Shown one piece after another: positions 20,983 through 32,645 of a DNA stretch of 64,000 nucleotides. A model generated the notes under the pieces. It was given only the letters and a program-made list of their open reading frames with translations, was not told where the DNA came from and did not search any database. The DNA comes from Candidatus Bathyarchaeota archaeon. Its GTDB lineage: Archaea > Thermoproteota > Bathyarchaeia > Bathyarchaeales > Bathycorpusculaceae. Each line of letters opens with the position of its first letter. Position 1 is the stretch's first letter. The stretch is from NCBI GenBank assembly GCA_963707955.1, contig OY970176.1, positions 2,080,001-2,144,000 on the forward strand, given 5' to 3'. The translations under genes were made by a program, and so were the position numbers.

Positions 20983-21110
20983 CTAGAAGCTAGACTACTC
21001 GGCGAACATAAAAGAATTGTTTAAATGAACGTTCTTGATTGATGAAGGAAGATCCTCGGCTAACGGTAAGTATCTTGAGATGTACCCTGCATCAGTTTTC
21101 AAAGTTCGGC

Positions 21111-21202
21111 CCCCCTCCCTTTTTTGGTAACGTCTGTGGTAATGTTGTGTGGTAACAAGCCTTGAAGAAGTAGACAGGTGTGTGGATCGATGCTAAGGTC
21201 TG
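21111..21202 (+). pseudogene. Promoter and 5' remnant of the 6367-6954 RHH-like gene
   Basis: TTG AAG AAG TAG ACA GGT GTG TGG ATC GAT GCT versus MKKQTGMWIDA; CAG has become TAG. Confidence 0.75.
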
Positions 21203-21301
21203 CGTTCGCGCGCGCTCTGCGTTCAACGTAGGTTTTGAGAAGCCGTCCTTGTGTCTTGAATGTAGTCTTTTGCGTGTTGCTCCGTGCGAGGCGCAGACTG
21301 A

Positions 21302-21838
21302 AACGAATATAGGCGTCTAGTTCGGAAAGCTGGTATAAACACGGGTGGGAAGCAGGTACGTTTCCACTGCATGCGTAAGTTCCTCTGCGACCACCTCAGT
21401 AGTTTCATGTCCGAAAGTAAGTGGAAGCAGGTCGTTGGCAAGCAGATTTCCGAGGGCGCGTACGTCAGCCCGGACACTTTACGCGAAGACTACGCAAGAG
21501 CCATGGGAGAGACGACGTTTACGAAGAGGGCTAGCGATGACATCCAAAAAATCGCCAAGCTAGAGGCATTAAAGCTCTTCGCTAAGTCATCAGGTGGCTT
21601 TACTGAGGCGGACATAGCGCGGATAAAGATGAGAAAGCCAACAGCCACTGCTCAAGAAGAGATTGACGAGCTTGAGAAAATGCTCGCGAAGTCTAAAGAA
21701 GAAGATTGCCCAGACGGCGAGCACTGCGCAGAGTTCTCCCAGATACCTGAGGCACAGCTCTTAACGCACCTCAAAGATGGCTGGGAAATAGTCAAAGAAC
21801 TCAGCGACGGGCAAATCATCGTCAAGCGCGTCTCGTGA
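21302..21838 (+). pseudogene. Tyrosine integrase C-terminal fragment, copy 1
   Basis: In-frame RRLVRKAGINTGGKQVRFHCMRKFL (HxxR) ...GKQISEGAY (Tyr); preceded by TGA; N-terminal part missing. Confidence 0.7.
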
Positions 21839-22098
21839 CCTCCCCCCTAGTATTTTCTCCGAGCTTCAAGAAGTCTCCCTGCCGAAGTTTAAACGTCCGC
21901 AGACAGAGCGCTAATACTATAACATTAGCCGTCGGATTCTCCGTATGAACAACTGCCTGGGACATAAGACCCGCGCGCGAGGAGTATGGCAACAGTGCAG
22001 GGAATCTTTCAGGTTCCTGCGTTAGCTCGAACAGAGCTTTCCTCTATAACATTGTGTAGCAAAACTTAAAGCGCGCGCGGGTGGCTCTTTGAGCATAC

Positions 22099-23115
22099 GT
22101 GTACAGTTACAAGAGGGAGAGCAAATTGGTCAAGTACGTGGCTGTGTTATTGATTGTTTTGATCACCGTGTCTTTTCTTCCTTCAATCGGATTTGTTCAA
22201 CCAGCTCATGCATTCTCATCTGTAGTGACTGTTACTGCAAATCCTCTTTGGACAGACACTGAACTTAGTGTGGAGATTGGTCAAAAAGTAGCGATCAACG
22301 CCTCAGGATCTTGGGATTGGGGGGCAGGAGTAGTTGGTCCTGACGGCACAATCGGTACGGCTGGAGGTTCAGATTATTTCCTATATGATGCAAACCATGG
22401 AGAGCTAATAGCATTCGTTGGATCAGATCCATACCAAGGGCATTGGGGGGACGGCAGCTTTTTCCCACAGCACACTGGATACTGGAATGTAGGCAGCAGT
22501 GGCCAATTCATAAGCAATAAGACCGGCGAACTCTGGCTTGGCTGCAATGACGCCGCTGTGACTAAGATCTCAGGTGACAACAGCGGCACAGTCACCGCAT
22601 CGATAACTATTACATCGGGGCCCGTTGAAGTTTCAATCACGCCATCCAACGCAACAACGAGCATCGGGGGAGTGGCAACCTATGAGATCGGGATACAAAA
22701 CTATGAGAATATCTCAGATACGTTTGCCATAAACATCCAAGGGGTTGACCCGTTATGGTGCTCATTGAGCCAACAAAATATGTCCCTTGCTGCCTACGGC
22801 GTTGCGAATGTAACACTTGACTTGGTGCCTGCTGAAGATCCTGCCTATGCTGGAACTTACTGGTTCAACGTCACCGTTTCTGGTACTTGGGGTCAAGGAA
22901 TGGCTACTGCAAACCTTGTTGTGACCAAAGCCCCATTAATGTACGGTTTGGCACCAGATGATAATTCTACTGTCGGATCGACAAACATTCTACATAGACG
23001 AAGTGATCAAACCGGCAGAAACCCGACCCAAACTCATCAGTGCCCTCGAAAGTCTGGCCACCAAACGCGAAGCCAGACCATCACGAAAGCATTCAAACTT
23101 ACCATTATAGATTAA
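22099..23115 (+). pseudogene. Truncated 5' copy of the 28,083-32,645 surface protein gene
   Basis: Identical up to ...VGSTNIL, then runs into out-of-frame pccB 3' sequence at the duplication junction. Confidence 0.9.
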
Positions 23116-23176
23116 TACATCTTCAACTCATTTTTTCACGTTCCTAGTTCCTAGCAGACTGAAGAGGTAGCCTACG

Positions 23177-24721
23177 TTGGTTCCGAAACCAGTGAAAATC
23201 ACTGATACGACCTTCCGGGATGCGCATCAGAGCCTGATCGCAACGAGAATGCGAACGGAAACGATGCTGCCTATAGCTGAGAAAATGGACCAGGTTGGCT
23301 TTTTCTCGCTTGAAGCGTGGGGCGGAGCCACTTTTGACGTCAGTATCCGGTACCTTTCTGAGGACCCGTGGGAGCGGATCCGTCAGCTGAAACGTCATGT
23401 CAAAAGGACACCCCTTCAAATGCTTCTTCGGGGACAAAACATTGTTGGCTACCGGAACTATCCCGATGATGTTGTCATAAAATTCGTAGAGAAAGCAGCG
23501 GAGAACGGCATAGACATTTTCCGTGTGTTCGACGCGTTAAACGACATAAGAAACATGGAAGTCGCCATCAAGACAGTCAAGAAGGTGGGTGGACACGCTC
23601 AAGGCACCATCAGCTACACCATCAGCCCGTTCCACACGATTGAATACTTCGTGGAGGTTGCCAAGAAACTTGCCGAATTAAACTGCGATTCGATATGCAT
23701 CAAGGACATGGCCGGAATGCTCGCTCCCAAACCGGCCTACGACCTCATTTCTGCCCTGAAAAAAGAAGTGGGCCTACCAATCCACCTGCACAGTCACAGC
23801 ACAAGCGGCATGGTCATGATGACCTACTTTCACGCTTGCGAAGCAGGCGTGGACATCTTGGACACGGCGTTCTCCCCGTTGGCGTGGGGCACATCACAAC
23901 CGCCTGTGGAATCAGTCGTCGCTGCCCTGAAAGGGACCCCTTATGACACGGGCCTAGACAGCGAGTTGCTTAACGATATCGCACAGTACTTCCGTGAACT
24001 GCGCGAGAAGTACTACGACCCTTTGAAACTGATAGACCCAAAGGCTGAAAGAGTTGACGCCTCAATCATTGTGCACCAAATTCCGGGTGGAATGTTCTCA
24101 AACCTGCTTGAACAGCTGCGAGAACAGAAAGCATCGGACAGGTTGAATGAAGTGCTCGCAGAAGTGCCGAAAGTGAGAAAGGAGCTGGGCTATCCGCCTC
24201 TCGTCACGCCGACCAGTCAACTCGTTGGGATACAAGCGGTCTTGAACGTTATCTCGGGTAAGAGATACAGCATCGTTCCTAAAGAGATAAAAGATTACGT
24301 GAAAGGCTTGTACGGCAAGCCTCCAGCGCCTATCGACGAGAAGGTAAAGAAGAGAATTATCGGTGATGAAAGAACCATCACATGCCGTCCTGCCGACCTC
24401 CTTGAGCCAGCCCTTGGCAAGATCCCGGAAGATGTAATGCCTTTCATTGAATCTGAAGAAGACAAGATAACCTACGTGTTGTTCCCACAGCCCGCTCTAG
24501 AATTCTTCAAGAAAAGAAAAGCAAGACGCGAAGAAGCCAAGCCTGGAATACGACCAGAAAGGCTAGCGGAGCTTGAGGAAGTGGCTGCTCTTTCAGTGGC
24601 GGCTGTAAACCATCTGCAAAGATCGTCAGGAACGAAAGCACTCACGGTGCAGAGAGCCAAAAACACGCACTCATACTGGGTGTTAGTTGCTCGCCAAAAC
24701 CAAGCAGAGCACGGTGCATAA
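23177..24721 (+). CDS. Pyruvate/oxaloacetate carboxyltransferase, copy 2
   Basis: Translation identical to 17,193-18,737. Confidence 0.9.
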   Translation: MVPKPVKITDTTFRDAHQSLIATRMRTETMLPIAEKMDQVGFFSLEAWGGATFDVSIRYLSEDPWERIRQLKRHVKRTPLQMLLRGQNIVGYRNYPDDVVIKFVEKAAENGIDIFRVFDALNDIRNMEVAIKTVKKVGGHAQGTISYTISPFHTIEYFVEVAKKLAELNCDSICIKDMAGMLAPKPAYDLISALKKEVGLPIHLHSHSTSGMVMMTYFHACEAGVDILDTAFSPLAWGTSQPPVESVVAALKGTPYDTGLDSELLNDIAQYFRELREKYYDPLKLIDPKAERVDASIIVHQIPGGMFSNLLEQLREQKASDRLNEVLAEVPKVRKELGYPPLVTPTSQLVGIQAVLNVISGKRYSIVPKEIKDYVKGLYGKPPAPIDEKVKKRIIGDERTITCRPADLLEPALGKIPEDVMPFIESEEDKITYVLFPQPALEFFKKRKARREEAKPGIRPERLAELEEVAALSVAAVNHLQRSSGTKALTVQRAKNTHSYWVLVARQNQAEHGA

Positions 24722-24723
24722 CG

Positions 24724-25278
24724 ATGTCAGAGTACGAAGTTTTCATCGACGACAAGCCCAAAAAGGTAGAGGTGACAAAAACTGGCCAAAGCTCTTTTAG
24801 CATCAGAGTAGATGGCAAGGCTCGCAGCGTGGAGTTCGTGACCAGCGCACCGGACCTCGAAAAACCGTTCACTCTGAAGGTGGATAACAAAAACTACCGC
24901 GTCGAATTGCCTAAAATAGATCGAGGGAAAGAATTCTCAGTGAAAGTTGAGGAAGCAACGTTCAAAGCCGAGGTTAAAGTACCTGCGAGAAAAGCATCTC
25001 TAACCGCATTTGAGCCGACTGCAGCAACGCCGACAAAGAGAACAGCCGCAAACAGACAGGCTGTTGAAGGTGGCATAACGGCGCCGATGACGGGTAAGAT
25101 AGTCAAGGTTAAGGTCAAGAAGGGCGACGAAGTCAAGGCGGGCCAAGTGCTCTGCGTCATCGAAGCCATGAAAATGGAAAACGAAATAACCGCGCCCAAG
25201 GCCGGCGCCGTCAAAGAAGTCTACGTTTCTGATGGCTCCTCAGTGAGCGAGGGAGAGCCGCTTCTCATGATTGGCTAA
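24724..25278 (+). CDS. Biotin carboxyl carrier protein, copy 2
   Basis: Translation identical to 18,740-19,294. Confidence 0.9.
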   Translation: MSEYEVFIDDKPKKVEVTKTGQSSFSIRVDGKARSVEFVTSAPDLEKPFTLKVDNKNYRVELPKIDRGKEFSVKVEEATFKAEVKVPARKASLTAFEPTAATPTKRTAANRQAVEGGITAPMTGKIVKVKVKKGDEVKAGQVLCVIEAMKMENEITAPKAGAVKEVYVSDGSSVSEGEPLLMIG

Positions 25279-26966
25279 AAGATGGAAGGCGGTTTATACT
25301 CACCGAAAACTTCGCGCAGCGTGCCGCATATTTCGCCCAAAGTTGCATATTCCTTGACAGCCTCAAGCATGAAGGGCATCAGACTCTCGTTTTCGCGTTC
25401 AGCTGCAATGCGCAACCTGTCTAGGGCCTCGCTAACCTTCAGCTGGTTTCTCTTATTTTTTATCTTCTTTAACCGTTCGACAAGAGTTTTTTCTACTGTC
25501 TGATCTACCTGTAAGGTCTTGATCGAAATCTCTTCTTCACCGATGAAGTCATTCACGCCGACAACAATTCTCTTCTTGGCCTCGACTTCCTTCTGGAAGC
25601 GATAAGCACTCTCAGTGATCTCACGCTGCATGAAACCTTTCTCAATCGCAGCGACCGCGCCGCCCATTCTGTCAATTCTGTCAATGTATTTTCGTGCCCT
25701 CTCTTCAATTTCATTCGTCATATACTCAATGTAGTACGAACCAGCCAATGGGTCAACAGTATCTACGACTCCGCTTTCGTAGGCGATTATTTGCTGGGTC
25801 CTCAAGGCAACCGTCACAGCATGCTCGCTAGGCAAAGCATAAGCTTCATCGAACGAGTTGGTGTGCAGAGACTGGGTTCCTCCCAGAACTGCTGACAAAG
25901 CCTGCAACGCCACGCGTACAACGTTGTTGTACGGTTGCTGAGCCGTGAGTGAAACTCCAGATGTCTGAGTGTGGAAACGAAGCATCCATGAGTTGAGATT
26001 CTTGGCTTTGAATCGTTCTCGCATGATGTTCGCCCACAGCCGGCGTGCTGCCCTGAACTTGGCAACTTCTTCGAAGAAGTTGCTGTGGGCCGCGAAGAAG
26101 AAGGACAGCCTTCCAGCAAACTTGTCCACGTCCAAGCCTCGGTCGATGGCTGCTTGCACATAGGCAATCGCGTTTGCCAACGTGAAAGCAACTTCCTGAA
26201 CAGCAGTAGAGCCGGCCTCGCGTATGTGATAGCCACTCACGCTTATCGTGTTCCACTGCGGCATGTTCTGGCTACAGTAAACGAAGATGTCTGTAATCAT
26301 GCGCATGGATGGCTTCGGTGGAAATATGTACATGCCTCGGGCCACGTATTCCTTCAGAACATCGTTCTGAACCGTACCGCCAAGCAGCGATTGTTTAACA
26401 CCCTGTTTATCGCCTACGGCGGCATACATTGCAAGCAGCACATTTGCAGGGGCGTTGATCGTCATTGAAGTTGTTACCTTGTCAAGCGGGATTCCGTTAA
26501 ACAGGATTTCCATGTCTCTCAGTGTGCTCGCGCTGACTCCGACCTTTCCAACCTCGCCGAGCGCCATAGAATGGTCACAGTCGTACCCAACCTGCGTTGG
26601 AAAGTCGAAAGCAACGCTCAAGCCAGTTTGTCCGTGTTCCAGCAAGTACCTGAAACGCTTGTTTGTCTGTTCAGCTGTACCAAAACCCGCGTACTGCCGC
26701 ATGGTCCAGAAGCGGGCACGGTACATCGTTGGGTAGACGCCACGCGTAAGCGGATACTCTCCTGGAAAACCTTGTTGGTTCATGTAATCCAATTCTGCCA
26801 CGTCAATCGGAGTGTAGAGTCTCTTGACAGGGATGCCTGAGCTTGTTGACAACTCGCCTCTTTCTGGAAGCCTGTCGAAACTCTTCACGACGGTTTCCTT
26901 CTCCCAGTTCATCATTTGTTTTTGGATGTCATCCAGTTTCTTTTTGTTGAACATCATCGATGGCAC
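25275..26966 (-). CDS. mcmA1: Methylmalonyl-CoA mutase large subunit, copy 2
   Basis: Translation identical to 19,291-20,982. Confidence 0.9.
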   Translation of the reverse strand: MPSMMFNKKKLDDIQKQMMNWEKETVVKSFDRLPERGELSTSSGIPVKRLYTPIDVAELDYMNQQGFPGEYPLTRGVYPTMYRARFWTMRQYAGFGTAEQTNKRFRYLLEHGQTGLSVAFDFPTQVGYDCDHSMALGEVGKVGVSASTLRDMEILFNGIPLDKVTTSMTINAPANVLLAMYAAVGDKQGVKQSLLGGTVQNDVLKEYVARGMYIFPPKPSMRMITDIFVYCSQNMPQWNTISVSGYHIREAGSTAVQEVAFTLANAIAYVQAAIDRGLDVDKFAGRLSFFFAAHSNFFEEVAKFRAARRLWANIMRERFKAKNLNSWMLRFHTQTSGVSLTAQQPYNNVVRVALQALSAVLGGTQSLHTNSFDEAYALPSEHAVTVALRTQQIIAYESGVVDTVDPLAGSYYIEYMTNEIEERARKYIDRIDRMGGAVAAIEKGFMQREITESAYRFQKEVEAKKRIVVGVNDFIGEEEISIKTLQVDQTVEKTLVERLKKIKNKRNQLKVSEALDRLRIAAERENESLMPFMLEAVKEYATLGEICGTLREVFGEYKPPSIF

Positions 26967-27285
26967 CTAGAAGCTAGACTACTCGGCGAACATAAAAGAA
27001 TTGTTTAAATGAACGTTCTTGATTGATGAAGGAAGATCCTCGGCTAACGGTAAGTATCTTGAGATGTACCCTGCATCAGTTTTCAAAGTTCGGCCCCCCT
27101 CCCTTTTTTGGTAACGTCTGTGGTAATGTTGTGTGGTAACAAGCCTTGAAGAAGTAGACAGGTGTGTGGATCGATGCTAAGGTCTGCGTTCGCGCGCGCT
27201 CTGCGTTCAACGTAGGTTTTGAGAAGCCGTCCTTGTGTCTTGAATGTAGTCTTTTGCGTGTTGCTCCGTGCGAGGCGCAGACTGA

Positions 27286-27822
27286 AACGAATATAGGCGT
27301 CTAGTTCGGAAAGCTGGTATAAACACGGGTGGGAAGCAGGTACGTTTCCACTGCATGCGTAAGTTCCTCTGCGACCACCTCAGTAGTTTCATGTCCGAAA
27401 GTAAGTGGAAGCAGGTCGTTGGCAAGCAGATTTCCGAGGGCGCGTACGTCAGCCCGGACACTTTACGCGAAGACTACGCAAGAGCCATGGGAGAGACGAC
27501 GTTTACGAAGAGGGCTAGCGATGACATCCAAAAAATCGCCAAGCTAGAGGCATTAAAGCTCTTCGCTAAGTCATCAGGTGGCTTTACTGAGGCGGACATA
27601 GCGCGGATAAAGATGAGAAAGCCAACAGCCACTGCTCAAGAAGAGATTGACGAGCTTGAGAAAATGCTCGCGAAGTCTAAAGAAGAAGATTGCCCAGACG
27701 GCGAGCACTGCGCAGAGTTCTCCCAGATACCTGAGGCACAGCTCTTAACGCACCTCAAAGATGGCTGGGAAATAGTCAAAGAACTCAGCGACGGGCAAAT
27801 CATCGTCAAGCGCGTCTCGTGA
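27286..27822 (+). pseudogene. Tyrosine integrase C-terminal fragment, copy 2
   Basis: Identical to 21,302-21,838. Confidence 0.7.
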
Positions 27823-28082
27823 CCTCCCCCCTAGTATTTTCTCCGAGCTTCAAGAAGTCTCCCTGCCGAAGTTTAAACGTCCGCAGACAGAGCGCTAATA
27901 CTATAACATTAGCCGTCGGATTCTCCGTATGAACAACTGCCTGGGACATAAGACCCGCGCGCGAGGAGTATGGCAACAGTGCAGGGAATCTTTCAGGTTC
28001 CTGCGTTAGCTCGAACAGAGCTTTCCTCTATAACATTGTGTAGCAAAACTTAAAGCGCGCGCGGGTGGCTCTTTGAGCATAC

Positions 28083-31000
28083 GTGTACAGTTACAAGAGG
28101 GAGAGCAAATTGGTCAAGTACGTGGCTGTGTTATTGATTGTTTTGATCACCGTGTCTTTTCTTCCTTCAATCGGATTTGTTCAACCAGCTCATGCATTCT
28201 CATCTGTAGTGACTGTTACTGCAAATCCTCTTTGGACAGACACTGAACTTAGTGTGGAGATTGGTCAAAAAGTAGCGATCAACGCCTCAGGATCTTGGGA
28301 TTGGGGGGCAGGAGTAGTTGGTCCTGACGGCACAATCGGTACGGCTGGAGGTTCAGATTATTTCCTATATGATGCAAACCATGGAGAGCTAATAGCATTC
28401 GTTGGATCAGATCCATACCAAGGGCATTGGGGGGACGGCAGCTTTTTCCCACAGCACACTGGATACTGGAATGTAGGCAGCAGTGGCCAATTCATAAGCA
28501 ATAAGACCGGCGAACTCTGGCTTGGCTGCAATGACGCCGCTGTGACTAAGATCTCAGGTGACAACAGCGGCACAGTCACCGCATCGATAACTATTACATC
28601 GGGGCCCGTTGAAGTTTCAATCACGCCATCCAACGCAACAACGAGCATCGGGGGAGTGGCAACCTATGAGATCGGGATACAAAACTATGAGAATATCTCA
28701 GATACGTTTGCCATAAACATCCAAGGGGTTGACCCGTTATGGTGCTCATTGAGCCAACAAAATATGTCCCTTGCTGCCTACGGCGTTGCGAATGTAACAC
28801 TTGACTTGGTGCCTGCTGAAGATCCTGCCTATGCTGGAACTTACTGGTTCAACGTCACCGTTTCTGGTACTTGGGGTCAAGGAATGGCTACTGCAAACCT
28901 TGTTGTGACCAAAGCCCCATTAATGTACGGTTTGGCACCAGATGATAATTCTACTGTCGGATCGACAAACATTCTATTCTCTTGGGAGACATCTTCAAAC
29001 GCCAGCTCTGAAGTCTACATCAAACAGACAGGCGATTTGACTTTTAACCACATTCTTGACACTGCAGGAGAGAACCATTATGTATATGCGACCAACCTAA
29101 CCAGGAACGCAGACTACGTGTGGTATGCTTATAGCGAGACGGCTTATGGAAATGTCAGCAGTAACATGAGGGCTCTGCATGTTAGCAACGGCGTAAGCTT
29201 CACTCAGAGAAACTATACGTTTAATGTCCAACGAGACTATGCACAGAACGAGTCGATTTCTGTCGTGAACACAGATGTGGTGCCACATGACTTGCTTCTT
29301 GAAGCGACCAATCCGTACGACGACCTTATCGTGGGCTTCGTAGGTCCAGGCTCCGTCGATGAGAATGTCACTCTTCAGCCTGGAGAGACAAAACCATTAG
29401 ACTTTGAAGTTTTTGCGCAAGATGCAATGCAGCAGAGCTACACGTTTACAGTGAACCTGACAAACCTTGGACCTGAGCAAATAACTGACTACGCATTGGT
29501 CAATGTCAACGTGAGACAACCCAACCTAAATTTGACACTGACCGAAGATTCAACAGATCCCGTAACGTTGACGAAGACTATAACTGCAACCAATTATGGA
29601 GATCCAATAACCGACTTGTCCGTTAGCAGCAGCGACGGTCTAGTTGGTGAAGTCTCTTTTGAGCCAACAGTTTATCATGACGATCTTCCAACAGGAGGAT
29701 CTTTGACGTTCCAAGTTGTGCCCGTCCTCACAACCGATTTCACGGGCATTGAAGGTAACATAACAGCAACTGGTGCAGGACAAGTCATTGCGACTTTGCA
29801 GGTCAATTTCACCTTGCCCCCAGGCAAAAGCGTATACTCGGCCACCATACCTCAGGTAAGCATAGAATTCGACAACTACTACGACACAGACGATTCGCCG
29901 AATACTAATCCTCTGCTAGGTCAGCCGGTTGAATCGTACCTCGCAAATGGAACATTAATTTTTGCAAGCCAGATAATAGTAGACGTATTCCAAAATAATA
30001 CCCCGGCATCTGGCGCGAACGTTTCGCTCACTGTGTGGGATTCGACAGGCGCCGTCGCATCTCTTGAATACACTGTGACTGATTTTACTGGGAAAGCCTT
30101 GTTCAACGTCGTTGGTCCAGCAGGCAACTATTCCTATCAGGCTGAACTCGTTGACTATGGCTTAAAAACCGAGACGAGAAGCTTCTCAGTTAGCACGAGC
30201 CCCCTTTATGAGATTCGCTCCAACGGCATTACGTGGCTTGACGTGTCCGACGAGAGTTCAACGTACAATTTGACAGAAAATATGGGCACAGTCACACTCA
30301 CTGAAGCACCATTCACGTTCAGGGCGACGACGGCTACTACAGGAGAGAATGCTACTTTCGCCCTCGTGCTAAGATGGGACCTTGATGTGTTCAAGGATGT
30401 GTATATTCTGGGATCGATTCAAAACGACACACTCACTTTTCAAACAGACGGCATCCCTGCTGGAAACTTCACAGCCATAGTGTTCTACTATTCTCCAGCC
30501 ACGGGACTATCAGTTTCCCCAGCCATCAACGTAACAAACGCAGATTCAACGAGCATGTACATTCAGGGAAACTACACGTACTACACGCCATTTCCATTCA
30601 ACTCTACATATTTCATAAGGCTGGTTACCGAACGTTCGGTTTCATCCAGAGATCCTGCTGTAGCCTTTGACCTCGTCAACATAGAACCTGCTGATGCCAC
30701 GGGCTCACTTTACCAACTCGAGTACGTAATAGTGTCAAACGAGACGGTTCAGAAAGATTTTCAATTCTGCGTGAACACGACAGAAGGAGAATTGTACAAC
30801 ACGACTTTCCATTTGAATCTTGAACCTGCAACGCCTGTTGAAGTCAATTTCACGGTTCCTGTGGAGCTATCGAACGGGACGCTACAGGGAGAATTTGATG
30901 CGACCCTTTCAACAGACTCAGCTTCAGTCACGACCATGACCACGCCTCAATTGAGCTACATTTATGACTCAAGAATTTGGGTTGGTTCGGACAAGGGTAT

Positions 31001-32645
31001 CATGGACTATGTCTATATGGCACTTTTTCCCCCTTATGGTGCTTGGGAAGCCTACCAAAGTGCAAGCCCTGAGATGAAAGAAGTGTATACCTGTGGAGCA
31101 TTTGCAATAACAGGCTCAATGGGAAGAATTGTAGGAACAGCGAGTAGTTTCGTGGGCGCGGTAAGCGATGGATGGGCTTTTTTTACGAAAGCTGACGACA
31201 TAGAAAAGGGAATAATGGTTACCGAATACGGCGGAGCTGCGTTTGTGCTTGCATTAGGTGGCGGGGAGGCGGTTGGCGCTGCAGGATCTATACTTCTGGT
31301 CGGTGGCCTTGGGCAATGCGTATATGACGCATACAGAGTGGTTGCAAAAGGGGCAGAAGGGAGCATTGGATATTGTGTGTGCGTGCTGTCGAAAATAGGT
31401 ATGTGGTATTGTACTAACCGTCCTGTGGTGAGTGCTCAAGTCTGCATTGACCCTGCCTCTGTTGATGTGGTGCAGGCTGCTGCTGTTGTCAAATTCTCTC
31501 TTCCTTGGCCAATGGACACTTATAGACATCACAATGTCCGCTTGTACATAAATGGTGTTGAAATAGGCAACCTTACAAACACGATACCTCAGGGGTACTA
31601 TATTTTTCCGTTCAACAGCTCACTATTAAACTATGCGGCCAACGGTCCTTCAGAGAATACGATCACCATGAAAATGGATAATCTGAATGGCGGGCACTAT
31701 GTTGTCACATCAGATTGGGAGATAATTCTGCAATTAAAGCAAATTGCGCTCACGGTTGTAGCGTCAAATCAGACCGAGGCAGATAGCTTGGTGGAGCAGC
31801 TGAGCGGTGCAGTTGCTTGTTTGCCCGACTTTAACGTAGCTCCAGGCCTAGCTTTCTCGACATCCCAGCCAAGAGAAGGCCAAAGCATTACAATCACGGC
31901 AAACGTGTTGAACTTAGGAACTGTTGGAATGAGTTACGTTCCTGTCGACTTGTACGTTGACTCAGTGAAAGTCGAATCTGCAATTGTCAGCTTCCTTCCA
32001 ACATTTGCAAATCAAACTGTAGACTTTGACTGGATAGCGACCAGAGGCACACACAACGTTACGATAGTTGTCAACGGTGCTCAATTAATCCCAGAATCTG
32101 ATTACAGCAACAACCAGGCTCAAACAAGCATAACCGTACTTGCCGACGACGTGGCCATCGCAAACGTTACAAATGCTAAGAATGTTGTGGGCCAAGGATT
32201 CTCATTCAACGTGAGTGTTACGGCGGCAAACGATGGAGATTTCACAGAAACCTTCAATGTCACGGCATACGTCAACGCAACCATCATAGCATCAGAAAAC
32301 GTCAACTTACTAGCTGGCAACTCCACGACAGTCACCTTCGCATGGAACACTACTAGCTTTGTCTACGGCAACTACACCATAAGCGCTTACGCTTGGCCCG
32401 TCCCAGGCGAAATAAACATGGCAAACAATAACATGACTGGTGGCACGGTCTACGTGGGCATCCCAGGAGACATAGCCGGCGACGGCAGAGTTGACATGGG
32501 CGACATAGTCAGCCTATGCTTGGCTTTTGGTTCAACAGTGGGACAATCAAGGTGCGTTCCAAACTGTGACATAGACGGCAATGGCAGAGTCGACATGAGC
32601 GACATAATCATCGCCCTACGCAACTTCGGACAACACTACCCATAA
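28083..32645 (+). CDS. Large secreted protein with Ig-like/CARDB domains and a C-terminal dockerin
   Basis: Signal peptide ending PAHA; CARDB (IPESDYSNNQA); dockerin GDIAGDGRVDMGD...CDIDGNGRVDMSD...NFGQHYP; many NxS/T sequons. Confidence 0.85.
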   Translation: MYSYKRESKLVKYVAVLLIVLITVSFLPSIGFVQPAHAFSSVVTVTANPLWTDTELSVEIGQKVAINASGSWDWGAGVVGPDGTIGTAGGSDYFLYDANHGELIAFVGSDPYQGHWGDGSFFPQHTGYWNVGSSGQFISNKTGELWLGCNDAAVTKISGDNSGTVTASITITSGPVEVSITPSNATTSIGGVATYEIGIQNYENISDTFAINIQGVDPLWCSLSQQNMSLAAYGVANVTLDLVPAEDPAYAGTYWFNVTVSGTWGQGMATANLVVTKAPLMYGLAPDDNSTVGSTNILFSWETSSNASSEVYIKQTGDLTFNHILDTAGENHYVYATNLTRNADYVWYAYSETAYGNVSSNMRALHVSNGVSFTQRNYTFNVQRDYAQNESISVVNTDVVPHDLLLEATNPYDDLIVGFVGPGSVDENVTLQPGETKPLDFEVFAQDAMQQSYTFTVNLTNLGPEQITDYALVNVNVRQPNLNLTLTEDSTDPVTLTKTITATNYGDPITDLSVSSSDGLVGEVSFEPTVYHDDLPTGGSLTFQVVPVLTTDFTGIEGNITATGAGQVIATLQVNFTLPPGKSVYSATIPQVSIEFDNYYDTDDSPNTNPLLGQPVESYLANGTLIFASQIIVDVFQNNTPASGANVSLTVWDSTGAVASLEYTVTDFTGKALFNVVGPAGNYSYQAELVDYGLKTETRSFSVSTSPLYEIRSNGITWLDVSDESSTYNLTENMGTVTLTEAPFTFRATTATTGENATFALVLRWDLDVFKDVYILGSIQNDTLTFQTDGIPAGNFTAIVFYYSPATGLSVSPAINVTNADSTSMYIQGNYTYYTPFPFNSTYFIRLVTERSVSSRDPAVAFDLVNIEPADATGSLYQLEYVIVSNETVQKDFQFCVNTTEGELYNTTFHLNLEPATPVEVNFTVPVELSNGTLQGEFDATLSTDSASVTTMTTPQLSYIYDSRIWVGSDKGIMDYVYMALFPPYGAWEAYQSASPEMKEVYTCGAFAITGSMGRIVGTASSFVGAVSDGWAFFTKADDIEKGIMVTEYGGAAFVLALGGGEAVGAAGSILLVGGLGQCVYDAYRVVAKGAEGSIGYCVCVLSKIGMWYCTNRPVVSAQVCIDPASVDVVQAAAVVKFSLPWPMDTYRHHNVRLYINGVEIGNLTNTIPQGYYIFPFNSSLLNYAANGPSENTITMKMDNLNGGHYVVTSDWEIILQLKQIALTVVASNQTEADSLVEQLSGAVACLPDFNVAPGLAFSTSQPREGQSITITANVLNLGTVGMSYVPVDLYVDSVKVESAIVSFLPTFANQTVDFDWIATRGTHNVTIVVNGAQLIPESDYSNNQAQTSITVLADDVAIANVTNAKNVVGQGFSFNVSVTAANDGDFTETFNVTAYVNATIIASENVNLLAGNSTTVTFAWNTTSFVYGNYTISAYAWPVPGEINMANNNMTGGTVYVGIPGDIAGDGRVDMGDIVSLCLAFGSTVGQSRCVPNCDIDGNGRVDMSDIIIALRNFGQHYP

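Larger units (their letters stand above)
17006..28976. repeat. Direct tandem duplication, period 5,984 bp (17,006-22,992 = 22,990-28,976), CTA microhomology
   Basis: Every ORF recurs with identical translation at +5,984; the junction acaaacattCTAcatagacg fuses 28,97x and 17,00x sequence. Confidence 0.97.

Noticed and set aside
22993-23115. Novel C-terminus of the 338-aa ORF as a variable tip
   Set aside because: It is out-of-frame pccB sequence created by the duplication junction
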